A DNA stretch of 64,000 nucleotides. Origin: Deltaproteobacteria bacterium (lineage in GTDB: Bacteria; Myxococcota_A; Polyangia; Fen-1088). Of the stretch, positions 9,857 through 19,494 are shown piece after piece (the stretch's first letter is position 1; each line of letters opens with the position of its first letter). The notes under the pieces are model-generated. The model made no database searches. It worked only from the letters and a program-made list of their open reading frames with translations, and had not been told where the DNA came from. The stretch is taken from the NCBI GenBank assembly GCA_033763315.1, contig JANRKS010000005.1, forward strand, positions 160,001 through 224,000. Reading direction: 5' to 3'. Made by a program: the position numbers and the translations under genes.

Positions 9857-11378
9857 TCGCGCCCCCGTGGTTGTGGGCGAACGCCCGTTGACCATCGAAG
9901 ACGTGATCGACCTGTCGCGTGGCAAAGCGCGTGCTGTGTTGGACGCAAGCCCCACGTATCTGGCGCGCGTTGAGCGCAGCCATCACTTGTTGACGGAGGC
10001 GTCGCTCTTAGGGAAGCCGATCTATGGCGTCAACACCGGCTTTGGCGTTTCGTGTGAAGTGGGCGTGGACGCCGACTGGATGGCACGCATGCCGATCAAC
10101 TTGGTGCGGTTTCACGGCTGCGGCGTGGGCGAGCCGCTCTCGGTGCAAGACAGCGCGGCCGTCGTGGCCGTGCGTTTGGCCAGCCTCGCGCGCGGTCATT
10201 CGGGTGTGCGCGTTGCGCTTTTGCAGCGCTTCGTTGATCTCCTGAACAATGGCATCGTGCCCCGCATCCCGTCGCAAGGTTCCGTGGGTGCCAGCGGCGA
10301 TCTGACGCCGCTTTCATATGTGGCGGCGGTGATCATGGGTGAGCGTGAAGCGTATTACCGCGGCAACTTGATGCCCGCGGGTCAAGCGTTGGCGTTGGCT
10401 GGCTTGACGCCCTTTGTGTTCGAGCCGAAGGAAAGCCTGGCGATCATGAACGGCACTAGCGTGATGACGGCGCTCGCGTGTGCCGCCATCGTTTCTGCCG
10501 AGCGTCTGTGCCGCCTCGCGGCCGCATGCACCGCGATGTTGTGTGAAGTGACCAACGGCAACCCATCACACTTTCACGAACGCATTTTTGCTTTAAAGCC
10601 GCATCCCGGGCAAACGCTGGCCGCGCGTTGGATTCGGGACGATCTGGAGGGCGCCCCCGCCACCAATGAGGGGCCACGCGTTCAGGACCGATACTCGCTG
10701 CGGTGCGCGCCCCACGTGATTGGCGTGGCGCTCGATACACTCACGTTTGTGCGGCAGTGGGTGCAAACGGAGATCAACGGCGTTAATGACAACCCCATCC
10801 TCGATCCCGAATCGGGAGAGGTTTTGATGGGGGGGAACTTCTATGGTGGCCACGTGGGGCAAGCCATGGACGCGCTTAAAACAGCGGTGGCCAGCGTGTG
10901 TGATTTGATGGATCGGCAACTCTTGTTGTTATGTGATCCACAAGCCAATGGCGGCCTGCCGCGCGATTTGGTGGCGCCAGTTGGGGCGGCCGCCACCGCA
11001 AACTTTGGCTTCAAGGCGATGCAGATCCTCACGTCAGCTTTGGCGGCAGAGGCACTGAAGTTGACGATGCCCGCCACGGCTTTTAGCCGCAGCACCGAAG
11101 GTCACAACCAAGATAAGGTCAGCATGGGCACGATCGCGGCGCGTGATTGCCAATCCATTGTGAGCCTCACCGAAACCTGTGCGGCGGCTTTGGTCTTGGC
11201 GCTGTGTCAGGCGGTGGACGTGCGCTGCAAATCGCCTGTTCGCGTGAGCACGCGTGCGCTTCACAAGTTCGTGCGGCAGCACATTCAAGCCGTTGATCAA
11301 GATCGCGGCATGGAAGCGGACATCCACGCGGTTGTGCGGTGGCTGCGCAACGATGAACTTCCGTTGGGGGCACCGTGA
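9831..11378 (+). CDS. MIO-dependent aromatic amino acid ammonia-lyase (HAL/PAL/TAL family)
   Basis: YGVNTGFG, GSVGASGDLTPL (ASG = MIO), QDRYSLRC, NDNP, GGNFYG and NQDKVSMG motifs; ATG at 9831. Confidence 0.92.
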   Translation: MPTTELTPDRAPVVVGERPLTIEDVIDLSRGKARAVLDASPTYLARVERSHHLLTEASLLGKPIYGVNTGFGVSCEVGVDADWMARMPINLVRFHGCGVGEPLSVQDSAAVVAVRLASLARGHSGVRVALLQRFVDLLNNGIVPRIPSQGSVGASGDLTPLSYVAAVIMGEREAYYRGNLMPAGQALALAGLTPFVFEPKESLAIMNGTSVMTALACAAIVSAERLCRLAAACTAMLCEVTNGNPSHFHERIFALKPHPGQTLAARWIRDDLEGAPATNEGPRVQDRYSLRCAPHVIGVALDTLTFVRQWVQTEINGVNDNPILDPESGEVLMGGNFYGGHVGQAMDALKTAVASVCDLMDRQLLLLCDPQANGGLPRDLVAPVGAAATANFGFKAMQILTSALAAEALKLTMPATAFSRSTEGHNQDKVSMGTIAARDCQSIVSLTETCAAALVLALCQAVDVRCKSPVRVSTRALHKFVRQHIQAVDQDRGMEADIHAVVRWLRNDELPLGAP

Positions 11379-12007
11379 TCAATTTTGCGCTTAGACTGCT
11401 ATTGATGATCGGCACGCCCGACGCAGGCGCCGCGGCCACGTGCCCGGCCAACGTGCCCGCACTGCTGAAGGGCTTCGCCGCCGTTACGAACATATCCGTA
11501 GATTTCGTGGAAGAAAAGCACGTCGCGTTGCTGAAAAGGCCGCTGGTGAACAAGGGGACCGTGGTGTTCGCGGCGCCCGATCAGCTGGTGCGGCGGGTGG
11601 ACGCGCCCGTGCCCACGGCGGTGTGGATTAAAGGCGGCTCGCTGTGGATGCGAGACGCGCATGGCAGCAAACTTGTGGATGTTGCCCAATGGGGTCCAGC
11701 GAACGTTCTGATCAACAGCTTTCTCTACGTTCTGCAAGGAGACACGGCGAGTCTGCAGCAGCACTATGAGATGTCGCTCGCGTGTGCGGGCACCACGTGG
11801 CACCTAACGTTGATTCCCCGGCAACCCGATCTGCGCAAAGTCCTGCAACGTTTAGAGATCAATGGTGCAGGCCCCGACGTCACGCAATTGTCGCTGCTTG
11901 ATGGAAACGGTGACCTTTCAGTCACTCGGTTTGGCAAACCAAACAAGGCCGTGCGCCATTCGCCCGCGCAATTGCAACAGTTCTTTGCGTCCCCCGCGAG
12001 CCGGTGA
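11375..12007 (+). CDS. LolA-like outer-membrane lipoprotein carrier (ApeL-like)
   Basis: FVEEKHVALLKRPLVNKGTVVF and WHLTLIP LolA-fold pattern; cluster context. Confidence 0.75.
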   Translation: MINFALRLLLMIGTPDAGAAATCPANVPALLKGFAAVTNISVDFVEEKHVALLKRPLVNKGTVVFAAPDQLVRRVDAPVPTAVWIKGGSLWMRDAHGSKLVDVAQWGPANVLINSFLYVLQGDTASLQQHYEMSLACAGTTWHLTLIPRQPDLRKVLQRLEINGAGPDVTQLSLLDGNGDLSVTRFGKPNKAVRHSPAQLQQFFASPASR

Positions 12008-14355
12008 TGCGCGCATGGGTTCTTCTCAGCGCGGCGGTTGTGGTGGCCATGGGTGCCTACACCTCGCGCTCGTTGAAGCTGACCACGGAGCTAGAGTACT
12101 TCCTGCCGGAAGGCACAGGCGAATCGCGACTGGACAGCGATGTTCTGCGATCGCTTTCGCAGTCGTCGTTGTCGCGGCGCATGGCCTTCTTGGTGTGTGC
12201 GCCAACGGATGCACAAGCGATTGCCGCCACGCAAGCGTTGCAACGGGCACTCGGCGCGTTGCCCGTGGACGTGGCTTCCAACACGGTGGCGGGGCAGTGG
12301 CTTGTGAAGGCGCTGTTTGATCATCGTTATCATTTTGCCTCTGACACGCCCGAATCTGAATTGCCGGAGCTGTTTGCTCCCGCGGGCTTGATGGCGGCGG
12401 TCGTTGGCTTGAAGGACGCCCTGGCGTCCCCTGCGGGCGCGTTGGTGCGTGGGGTTGCCCCGCGCGATCCGTTGCTGCTTTCACAGCGCTCGGTGCAACG
12501 CCTAAGTGCCCTCAACAAAGCGAAGCTGCGCATGCAAGACGGTGCGTTGCTGGCGCCCGAAGCGCCGTGTGGTGTGGTGTTCGCTCTTAGCCAAGCGGCG
12601 GCGTTCGATGGCAAAGCCCAAACGCATCTGTGGACGCGGATCGATCAGGCGCTGGCGCGGCTGCGCTTAGCCCACCCCAGCGCCACCATCCGCTCCTCCG
12701 CCTTGTCGCGCCATGCGGTGGCGGCGGAAAAAAGCATGCGGCGAGATGTCACGCGCGTCTCGGTGGTGTCGACGGTTGCCATTTTGTTGCTGCTGTGGCT
12801 CACGTTTACCCGGGCGCGCTACCTCGCGCTGTTGCCGTTGCCACTTGTGGCAGGCTTCGTGGCCGGAACGTTCGCTTGCCTCGCTGCCTTTGGCCGCGTT
12901 CATGCGATGACGTTCGCGTTTGGTTCATCGCTGATTGGCGTGTGCATCGATTACCCGATTCATCTTGTGAACCACCTTGTGCTGACCCGCGTGGGAGAGA
13001 AGACGTCGATTCGGCACGTGCTTGTGGCGCTGTTGCTGGGCTGTGTGACCACGGCTTTGGGCCTGGGTGGGCTGGGCTGGGGCGGCTTGCCGGGCCTGCG
13101 CGAGATTGCGGTGTTTGGCGCTGTGGGTGTAACGGCGGCTTTCATCACAACCATCCTGTGGCTTCCCGGCGTGGTGGGCGCAAGCACACCGCGGCACCAA
13201 CGGGCGGCAGCGTTTTCGGGCGCCCTTTTGACCCGCGCGCTTGCGCACCCGAAAGCGAACGTTGCGGTGCTGTTGGTGACGGGGCTTGCGTGTGTGATTG
13301 GTTTGCGCGGGCTGCAATGGCAAGACGATCCACAGAAGCTCACGGTTCTCGACCCTGCCTTGGAACGTGAAGACGCGCATGTTCGCTCTGTGGCGCTGGG
13401 GCAGGAGGGATCTGATTTTATTGTGCTGCTGTCGCGGGAAGATGAGCAGGGCAGTTTGCAAGCCAATGATGCGCTGGCTGTGACGTTGTTGGAGGCCACG
13501 GCCGCGGGTGAGGTGCAAGCGTTCGCGTCGCTGCACAACGTGATCTGGTCCGAATCACTGCAGATGCGCAATGTGGCGGTCGCACACAAGCATCTGAACG
13601 AGAAGGCGATCGCTGAGGCGCTTGCTGCACAAGATTTTGAAGCCGGCGCTTTTTTGCCGTTTGGCAGCGATGGTCATGATCTGGCGCAACCGCCGTTGCG
13701 TTTGGCAGATCTGCCGAGGCACGTCTACGATACCTTCGTTGCGCCGTGGTTCGTGCATTTGCCTGATGGCCGGTTGGGCTTGCTCACGCGCTTGACGAAC
13801 GTCAAAGACGCGGGCGCGCTTGCACGGCGGATCGCGAAGGTGCCAGGCGCTCGCTATGTGAACGTTGCGCAGTTTCGATCGCAGGCCTACGCTGGCTTCC
13901 GCGGCCGAATGGTGTCGTTGCTCGCCGTTGGGCTCGTTCTTGTGGTGGTGCTTCTGCTGGTGGTCTACCGCGATTGGCGGCTGGTCTTGTGCGCGTTTGG
14001 CCCTGCGGTTGCCTCGGCATTGTTCGCCACGGCGCTGCTTGGCTTGCTGGGCCGGCCGTTGAATCTGATGCACGTCATGGGCCTCTTGCTCGTGTTGAGT
14101 ATGGGGGTCGACTACGGCATCTTTGTCGTTGAAAGCATGAAAAGCGGCGCGCCCCTCGCGCCCCCGGCGTTAAGCGTTGGCATGGCGTGTGTATCAACGG
14201 TGTTGTCGTTCGGTTTGCTTGCGCTTTCGTCTTCACCCGCCTTGCAGGCCGTGGGCGAAACCATCGGCATCGGCATCGTCGCGGCGATGGTTCTGTCGGT
14301 CGCGCTCGCGTCTGTATTTTTGCCACACCTTGCGCGTGTCAAAGTGCCCTCATGA
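12004..14355 (+). CDS. MMPL/RND family exporter (ApeM-like)
   Basis: Two TM bundles with GSSLIGVCIDY and GVDYGIF motifs. Confidence 0.85.
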   Translation: MMRAWVLLSAAVVVAMGAYTSRSLKLTTELEYFLPEGTGESRLDSDVLRSLSQSSLSRRMAFLVCAPTDAQAIAATQALQRALGALPVDVASNTVAGQWLVKALFDHRYHFASDTPESELPELFAPAGLMAAVVGLKDALASPAGALVRGVAPRDPLLLSQRSVQRLSALNKAKLRMQDGALLAPEAPCGVVFALSQAAAFDGKAQTHLWTRIDQALARLRLAHPSATIRSSALSRHAVAAEKSMRRDVTRVSVVSTVAILLLLWLTFTRARYLALLPLPLVAGFVAGTFACLAAFGRVHAMTFAFGSSLIGVCIDYPIHLVNHLVLTRVGEKTSIRHVLVALLLGCVTTALGLGGLGWGGLPGLREIAVFGAVGVTAAFITTILWLPGVVGASTPRHQRAAAFSGALLTRALAHPKANVAVLLVTGLACVIGLRGLQWQDDPQKLTVLDPALEREDAHVRSVALGQEGSDFIVLLSREDEQGSLQANDALAVTLLEATAAGEVQAFASLHNVIWSESLQMRNVAVAHKHLNEKAIAEALAAQDFEAGAFLPFGSDGHDLAQPPLRLADLPRHVYDTFVAPWFVHLPDGRLGLLTRLTNVKDAGALARRIAKVPGARYVNVAQFRSQAYAGFRGRMVSLLAVGLVLVVVLLLVVYRDWRLVLCAFGPAVASALFATALLGLLGRPLNLMHVMGLLLVLSMGVDYGIFVVESMKSGAPLAPPALSVGMACVSTVLSFGLLALSSSPALQAVGETIGIGIVAAMVLSVALASVFLPHLARVKVPS

Positions 14356-14972
14356 AGCGATGGTTGTTTGTGTTCTTCTGGCTGTGGTCATGCGCGGCGC
14401 CGCAAAACCGCGCCTCCAAGTCCGATGTGCCGCCTGAGAGCTTTGTGAATATGGCCGACGTGCCGTGGAACTTTGAGTGGCGGCAAACCATTAAAGCCGA
14501 CTATCCCAACCCGAAGCAGCCAGGCACACGTGAGGCGGCAACGCTTGAGGTCGTTCTGCAGAAGCAGGGCAATGTCCTAACGATGGTGGGCTTGACGCCG
14601 ATGGGCACACGCGCGTTCGTGGCGCGACAGCAGGGCGTCACTGTCACAAGTGACACGCAACCCAATAAATTGCCGTTCCCGGCAGCGTTGGTGTTCTTGG
14701 ACGTCAACCGCAGCTTGTTCGTGGGCATTGGGCCCACGGCTTTGGCCAACGGTTGGCATACCCAGAGCAGCCACGGCGTGGACATCAAGGATCTGTGGCG
14801 AGGCGGCTTGCTGATCGATCGCGAGATGTTCGATGCGCAGTTCAACAGCAAACTCAGCATTCGTTACAGCCCGGGTTACAAAGCCGGCATGGCGCCAGAC
14901 ACCCTGGTTCTAACCAACCATCGCTTCGGCTACAGCCTCACGATCAAGACGCTGGAGGCCGCGGCACTCTAG
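14352..14972 (+). CDS. DUF3261-like lipoprotein (ApeN-like)
   Basis: MKRWLFVFFWLWSC lipoprotein signal; LTMVGLTPMGTRAF; ATGA overlap with the MMPL gene. Confidence 0.65.
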   Translation: MKRWLFVFFWLWSCAAPQNRASKSDVPPESFVNMADVPWNFEWRQTIKADYPNPKQPGTREAATLEVVLQKQGNVLTMVGLTPMGTRAFVARQQGVTVTSDTQPNKLPFPAALVFLDVNRSLFVGIGPTALANGWHTQSSHGVDIKDLWRGGLLIDREMFDAQFNSKLSIRYSPGYKAGMAPDTLVLTNHRFGYSLTIKTLEAAAL

Positions 14973-16192
14973 ACGCGCTTCAAGATGAGCGACGTGTTGA
15001 TGCCACCAAACGCGAAGTTGTTGGTCATCACAACATTCACCTTCTGTTCGCGCGGCTCATGCTTGATGTAATTCAGCGGCGCGCACAAAGGATCCAACTC
15101 TAGTAAGTTGCGTGTTTGCGGAACAAAGTTGTGTGCCATGGTGGCGATGCCGAAGATGGCTTCGATGGCTCCGCAACCGCCAAGCGTGTGGCCCGTGTGA
15201 CCCTTGGTGGAGCTAAACGGTACCTTATCACCCAAGGTCGCAAGCGCCGCCGCCGTTTCGGCTCGATCGCCCGCGTCGGTGCCCGTGCCGTGCGCGTTGA
15301 CGTAATCGATCGCTTCGGGCGCCATGCCAGCGCTTTGCAACGCCAGGCGAATGACGCCAGCCATGCCCTCGGCCGAAGGAGCCGTGACATGCGTGCCATC
15401 GCAGTTGGTGCCATAGCCCACGACTTCGGCGTGAATGCGCGCGCCCCGTTTGCGGGCGTGCTCGTATTCCTCAAGGATCAACGTGCCAGCGCCTTCGCCC
15501 ACCACCAAACCATCGCGTTGTTTGTCGAAGGGGCGCGGGCTGAGATCGGGCTCTTCATTCCACTTGGTGGATGTGGCAAACATGATGTCGAACACACCGG
15601 CGTGCACGAAGTGCATCTCCTCCGCGCCACCGCACAACACCACGTCTTGCCAGCCGGCCCGAATCGCATCGAAGCCATACCCGATGGCCATGCTCGCGCT
15701 GGCACAGGCAGCCACGGTGGGCTGCACGCGGCCGCGGATGCCATAATGCTGCGCCAAATTTGCCACGCAGGTGTGGCCCATGAACTTGAGGTACGAAGTG
15801 CCGGGAATGCCGCGCAGGCCATCGTTTGCAAACAAAGTGCGTGTGAATGATTCAAGCTCGGCCGAAGAGCCGTGGGTTGAGCCATACGCCAGTCCCACCG
15901 ACCCAGACGTCAGCAGTTCCGTTGGCAAACCACTGTCGGCCAACGCTTGATCGGTTGCATAAAGCGAGAGCACGCTCACGCGCCCCATCGAGCGCGTGAC
16001 TTTGCGAGGGTAATCCCACGGATCGTTTTTGATCGGTGCGGCCAAGCGCGTGCGCAAATTGCCAACGCTTTCCCACTGCGGCATCGTGACGATGCCATGC
16101 CGTGAATTCTGCAAGGCCGCTGTGACATCAGCCAGGTTGTGCCCAATGGGCGATACCAGCCCAAGCCCTGTGACCACCACCCGCCGGGTCAT
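14969..16192 (-). CDS. Beta-ketoacyl-ACP synthase (ApeR-like)
   Basis: AACAS active Cys, NAHGT, KGHTGHTLG and NNFAFGG motifs. Confidence 0.92.
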   Translation of the reverse strand: MTRRVVVTGLGLVSPIGHNLADVTAALQNSRHGIVTMPQWESVGNLRTRLAAPIKNDPWDYPRKVTRSMGRVSVLSLYATDQALADSGLPTELLTSGSVGLAYGSTHGSSAELESFTRTLFANDGLRGIPGTSYLKFMGHTCVANLAQHYGIRGRVQPTVAACASASMAIGYGFDAIRAGWQDVVLCGGAEEMHFVHAGVFDIMFATSTKWNEEPDLSPRPFDKQRDGLVVGEGAGTLILEEYEHARKRGARIHAEVVGYGTNCDGTHVTAPSAEGMAGVIRLALQSAGMAPEAIDYVNAHGTGTDAGDRAETAAALATLGDKVPFSSTKGHTGHTLGGCGAIEAIFGIATMAHNFVPQTRNLLELDPLCAPLNYIKHEPREQKVNVVMTNNFAFGGINTSLILKRV

Positions 16193-16914
16193 GCCAACCC
16201 ACCATTGATGGAGACCACTTGTCCCGTGATATAGGCGGCATCGTCGCTTGCCAAAAAACGCACAAGCTTGGCCACTTCGTGTGGCTGCCCCACACGGCGC
16301 AATGGAATCATCTTCGTGATCTCCTCAAGCGGCGCATCCACGATCATGTCAGTTTCGATGAGCCCGGGCGCCACGGCATTCACGGTGATGTGCCGCTTTC
16401 CCAACTCTTTCGCCAGCGATTTAACGGCGCCGATCAATCCGGCTTTTGCCGCCGCATAATTGACTTGGCCCCGGTTGCCGGTGACGCCAGATACAGATGA
16501 GATGGCGATGATGCGACCCCAGCGGCGACGCGCCATCGGCATGACCAAAGGCTGCGTGACATTGAAGAAGCCATCCAAGCTTGTGCGCGTGACTGACGTC
16601 CAATCGCTTGCTGTCAGCGCGGGGAAGGGCTTATCGGCCGCGATGCCCGCGTTGTTGATGATCACGCCAATGTCGCGCCCCTCCTTGATCCAAACGTTGA
16701 TCGCTGCATGGGTCGCGTCCGCATCGGCCACATCGAAACAAGCAAGCTCGGCTTGGCCACCAGCGGCCGCGATCTGTGCCTGTACGGCCTGGGCGGCTTC
16801 AGCGCTGCTGCGGTAATTGAGGATCACCGGATGGCCAGCGGCCGCGAGCTCACGCGCAATGGCGGCGCCAATGCCCCGACTGGCACCCGTGACCAACGCC
16901 CACGGGCGGCTCAC
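16189..16914 (-). CDS. fabG: 3-oxoacyl-ACP reductase (ApeQ-like)
   Basis: TGASRGIG, NNAG and NYAAAK SDR motifs. Confidence 0.92.
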   Translation of the reverse strand: MSRPWALVTGASRGIGAAIARELAAAGHPVILNYRSSAEAAQAVQAQIAAAGGQAELACFDVADADATHAAINVWIKEGRDIGVIINNAGIAADKPFPALTASDWTSVTRTSLDGFFNVTQPLVMPMARRRWGRIIAISSVSGVTGNRGQVNYAAAKAGLIGAVKSLAKELGKRHITVNAVAPGLIETDMIVDAPLEEITKMIPLRRVGQPHEVAKLVRFLASDDAAYITGQVVSINGGLA

Positions 16915-17369
16915 GCTTCACCTTGGGGTTGATCGGGTGGCACGAAAACGGTGAGATTTGCTGCCGCCACGGTCACGCCACCGCGTGTCACGATGCCTTG
17001 AAATTGCGCGCCTGCTTCGGCACCCCACAGGTGCGTGACTTGAACGATCAATTCGTCGCCTGACACGAAATCATTCACAAACAGATCCAATCGTCGCACG
17101 CCCACCAAGTAGCCAAGCTTTGGCTTCCGTAAAGACTCTGGATTCGCCTCTACGTTCTTGTCGGCGTGCAGGGTGGCGTAAGCGGCCACGCATTGGGCCA
17201 TGTACTCCATCGCCACCACCGCGGGCACGCGCCCTTGGCGCATGAACGGAGACGCGTGCGTAAGCTTTACGACACACGTGGCCGTTTTTTCGTCGTACGA
17301 CGCAAGCCCATCCAACAGCCGCATCGGTGGCTTGTGGGGTACGAGATTTTCGATGTTCAGCAAAGTCAC
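16911..17369 (-). CDS. Hotdog-fold 3-hydroxyacyl-ACP dehydratase (ApeP-like)
   Basis: LVPHKPPMRLLD, EYMAQ and GYLVG motifs; GTG at 17369 overlaps the stop of the CLF gene. Confidence 0.8.
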   Translation of the reverse strand: MTLLNIENLVPHKPPMRLLDGLASYDEKTATCVVKLTHASPFMRQGRVPAVVAMEYMAQCVAAYATLHADKNVEANPESLRKPKLGYLVGVRRLDLFVNDFVSGDELIVQVTHLWGAEAGAQFQGIVTRGGVTVAAANLTVFVPPDQPQGEA

Positions 17370-18100
17370 AACCGCTCGATACAATACGCGCTGCCCGCCG
17401 CGCCACTTAAAGAAAAAACACCAACCGATCCCGCGGCCAACCACGCTGTCAATGGCTGCAGCACGGCGCACGGGTTGTGCACCAGGCCCGCACGCGGCGG
17501 GCCGCCCGCTTCGTTGAGGTGAACTTGCAGCCGCGCGTGCTCGGGCCGGGCTTCGGAGGGTGGCACAAACGCGAACGCCGCCGCGATCGGGGCGTATGGT
17601 TCTCCGGGGTGCAAGCGCGCCGGTGGCGCTTCATCACCCAGCGCCAGCACGAGCGGCTGCGCGTAGGTTTTCATCCACGCCACAGCTTCCACAAACCCCA
17701 TCGCCACTGTGTTGTTGCCGGCGGCGATCGATGTGGAAAAGGCGGTGTTTTTGCTGGCAATCGAGATCTGCCCGGCGGCGGCGTTGTGAACGCTCGTTTG
17801 AAATCGCAGTGGCGACACCTCAGAGGCGGAGCCTTGCATGCTGTGCAGCAGCTCTATCAAACGCTCCATTTCGCCGAACGAAGAGCCATAGACGGTGGCA
17901 AAGCTGCCATGTTCAAACTCGGCTTCGGCCGCCGCCTGGCCGACCACTTCGGCGAACATCAGGGTCAACAAACTCGCGCGGCCGCGTGCACGTGGGTTTA
18001 GCATCGCGGCGGCCGGCAGTGGCTCGCTGCCCGCATCGCGCGTCCAAAGCGCCATGCCCGCCAGATGCAACAAACCGTCATCCTTTGGCGTTATGTTCAT
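17366..18100 (-). CDS. Beta-ketoacyl synthase chain-length factor (ApeC-like)
   Basis: YGSSFGE and SPLRFQTSVHNAAAG motifs; truncated KS fold lacking catalytic residues. Confidence 0.85.
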   Translation of the reverse strand: MNITPKDDGLLHLAGMALWTRDAGSEPLPAAAMLNPRARGRASLLTLMFAEVVGQAAAEAEFEHGSFATVYGSSFGEMERLIELLHSMQGSASEVSPLRFQTSVHNAAAGQISIASKNTAFSTSIAAGNNTVAMGFVEAVAWMKTYAQPLVLALGDEAPPARLHPGEPYAPIAAAFAFVPPSEARPEHARLQVHLNEAGGPPRAGLVHNPCAVLQPLTAWLAAGSVGVFSLSGAAGSAYCIERL

Positions 18101-19293
18101 GGGGTGTCCGCTCCGAACAACAAGCTGATGTTGCTGCCACCGAACGCGAACGAATTGCTGAGCACAAACGGCGAGGCCAGCCGCTGTGGCTGGGACGCGA
18201 TCGTGATCTCAAGATCTGGCTGTGGCGGTTCGCTGCCGAGGCTTGCGGGAACGCATTGATCGAGCAACGCGGCCACGCAAAAGGCCGCCTCGGTGGCGCC
18301 GGCCGCGCCCAGCAAGTGGCCTGTATAGCCTTTGGTTGAAGCCACGAGGGGCCCGCGCCCGAACACGCGCGCGATCGCCATGGCCTCCGCGGCGTCGTTG
18401 AGCTGTGTGCCTGTGCCGTGCGCGTTGAGGTGCCCCACATCGGCGGCTAAGACACCGCTATGTTGCAAGGCCAACCGCATGGCTTGTTCGGCACCATGGC
18501 CTGTGGGATCGGGCGCTGACATGTGGTGTGCATCGCTGGTTTCGCCGCTGGCCAACAGGGCAGGGCCTTGGCCCTCGCGCTCAAGCAGCAGCAAGGCACC
18601 GCCTTCGCCGATGTTGATGCCGTTGCGATCAGCGGCAAACGGTTTGCACATGGTCGGGGACAGGATCCCTAAAGCCGCAAAGCCGTTCAACGTCAAGGAG
18701 CACAACGTATCGACGCCACCGGCCACCACGGCATCGGCAACGTTTGTGTGCAACAAACGATGCGCGCTGGCCAGCGCTTTGGCGCTGGAGGAACAGGCGG
18801 TTGAAACCACGAACGCGGGGCCCGACACCGCGAACATCGCTTGCAGCAGTTCGGCTGTAGCGGCCAGGCTGTGGGTGCGCAGCAAGCCGTACCCGGGCGG
18901 CAGCGGTTCATCTCGCAAGGCCGCACGGTGTGCCGTTTCCGTCTCAGCCAACCCACCGGTGGACGTGGCAAGCACCACGGCCACGCGTCTTGGCCCCCAG
19001 CGTGCGATGGCCTTATGTACGGATGCCGCAATGTCGCGGGCCAAAAGAAAAGTCAAGCGAGCCACCCGCGATTCATACGTTGCGAGCGCAGGAGGCAGCG
19101 CCGGCAATACGCCTGTTATATGCCCCACACAGGTCGAAAAGGGCGGCTCAAGGGACGCCGAGGCAACACCCGGTTGGAGCCCTGTTTGGCCCGCGGCGAG
19201 CTTGTTCAAGACCTCCGTGCGGCTGCGCCCAAGCGCATTACACAAGGTAAAGTCGGTGCAAAACGCAGGCGACATGAGCGGCGGTGGTGACAT
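18097..19293 (-). CDS. Beta-ketoacyl-ACP synthase (ApeO-like)
   Basis: STACSSSAK, GINIGEG, DAHHMSAP, NAHGTGT, GHLLGAAG and SNSFAFGG motifs. Confidence 0.92.
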   Translation of the reverse strand: MSPPPLMSPAFCTDFTLCNALGRSRTEVLNKLAAGQTGLQPGVASASLEPPFSTCVGHITGVLPALPPALATYESRVARLTFLLARDIAASVHKAIARWGPRRVAVVLATSTGGLAETETAHRAALRDEPLPPGYGLLRTHSLAATAELLQAMFAVSGPAFVVSTACSSSAKALASAHRLLHTNVADAVVAGGVDTLCSLTLNGFAALGILSPTMCKPFAADRNGINIGEGGALLLLEREGQGPALLASGETSDAHHMSAPDPTGHGAEQAMRLALQHSGVLAADVGHLNAHGTGTQLNDAAEAMAIARVFGRGPLVASTKGYTGHLLGAAGATEAAFCVAALLDQCVPASLGSEPPQPDLEITIASQPQRLASPFVLSNSFAFGGSNISLLFGADTP

Positions 19294-19408
19294 CGATAAG
19301 TTGGGCGCGAGTATACCGAAGTTGCGAGACTGTAGCGGCGCGACGGGGCGATGTTGTGCATTGGCGATCCGCCCTCATCACCTCGATCGGCAAGCCCCGG
19401 GATACCGC

Positions 19409-19437
19409 TTGCGAGAAAAACGACACATCTCTATGAT
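19409..19437 (+). promoter_or_regulatory. sigma70-type promoter for the DUF3015 gene
   Basis: TTGCGA-N17-TATGAT, 57 bp upstream of ATG 19495. Confidence 0.5.
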
Positions 19438-19494
19438 GGCGCGGCCCACGATGCGTGGGCATCGAGTGGACCCCATTTACAGGCAGGTGTTTGG

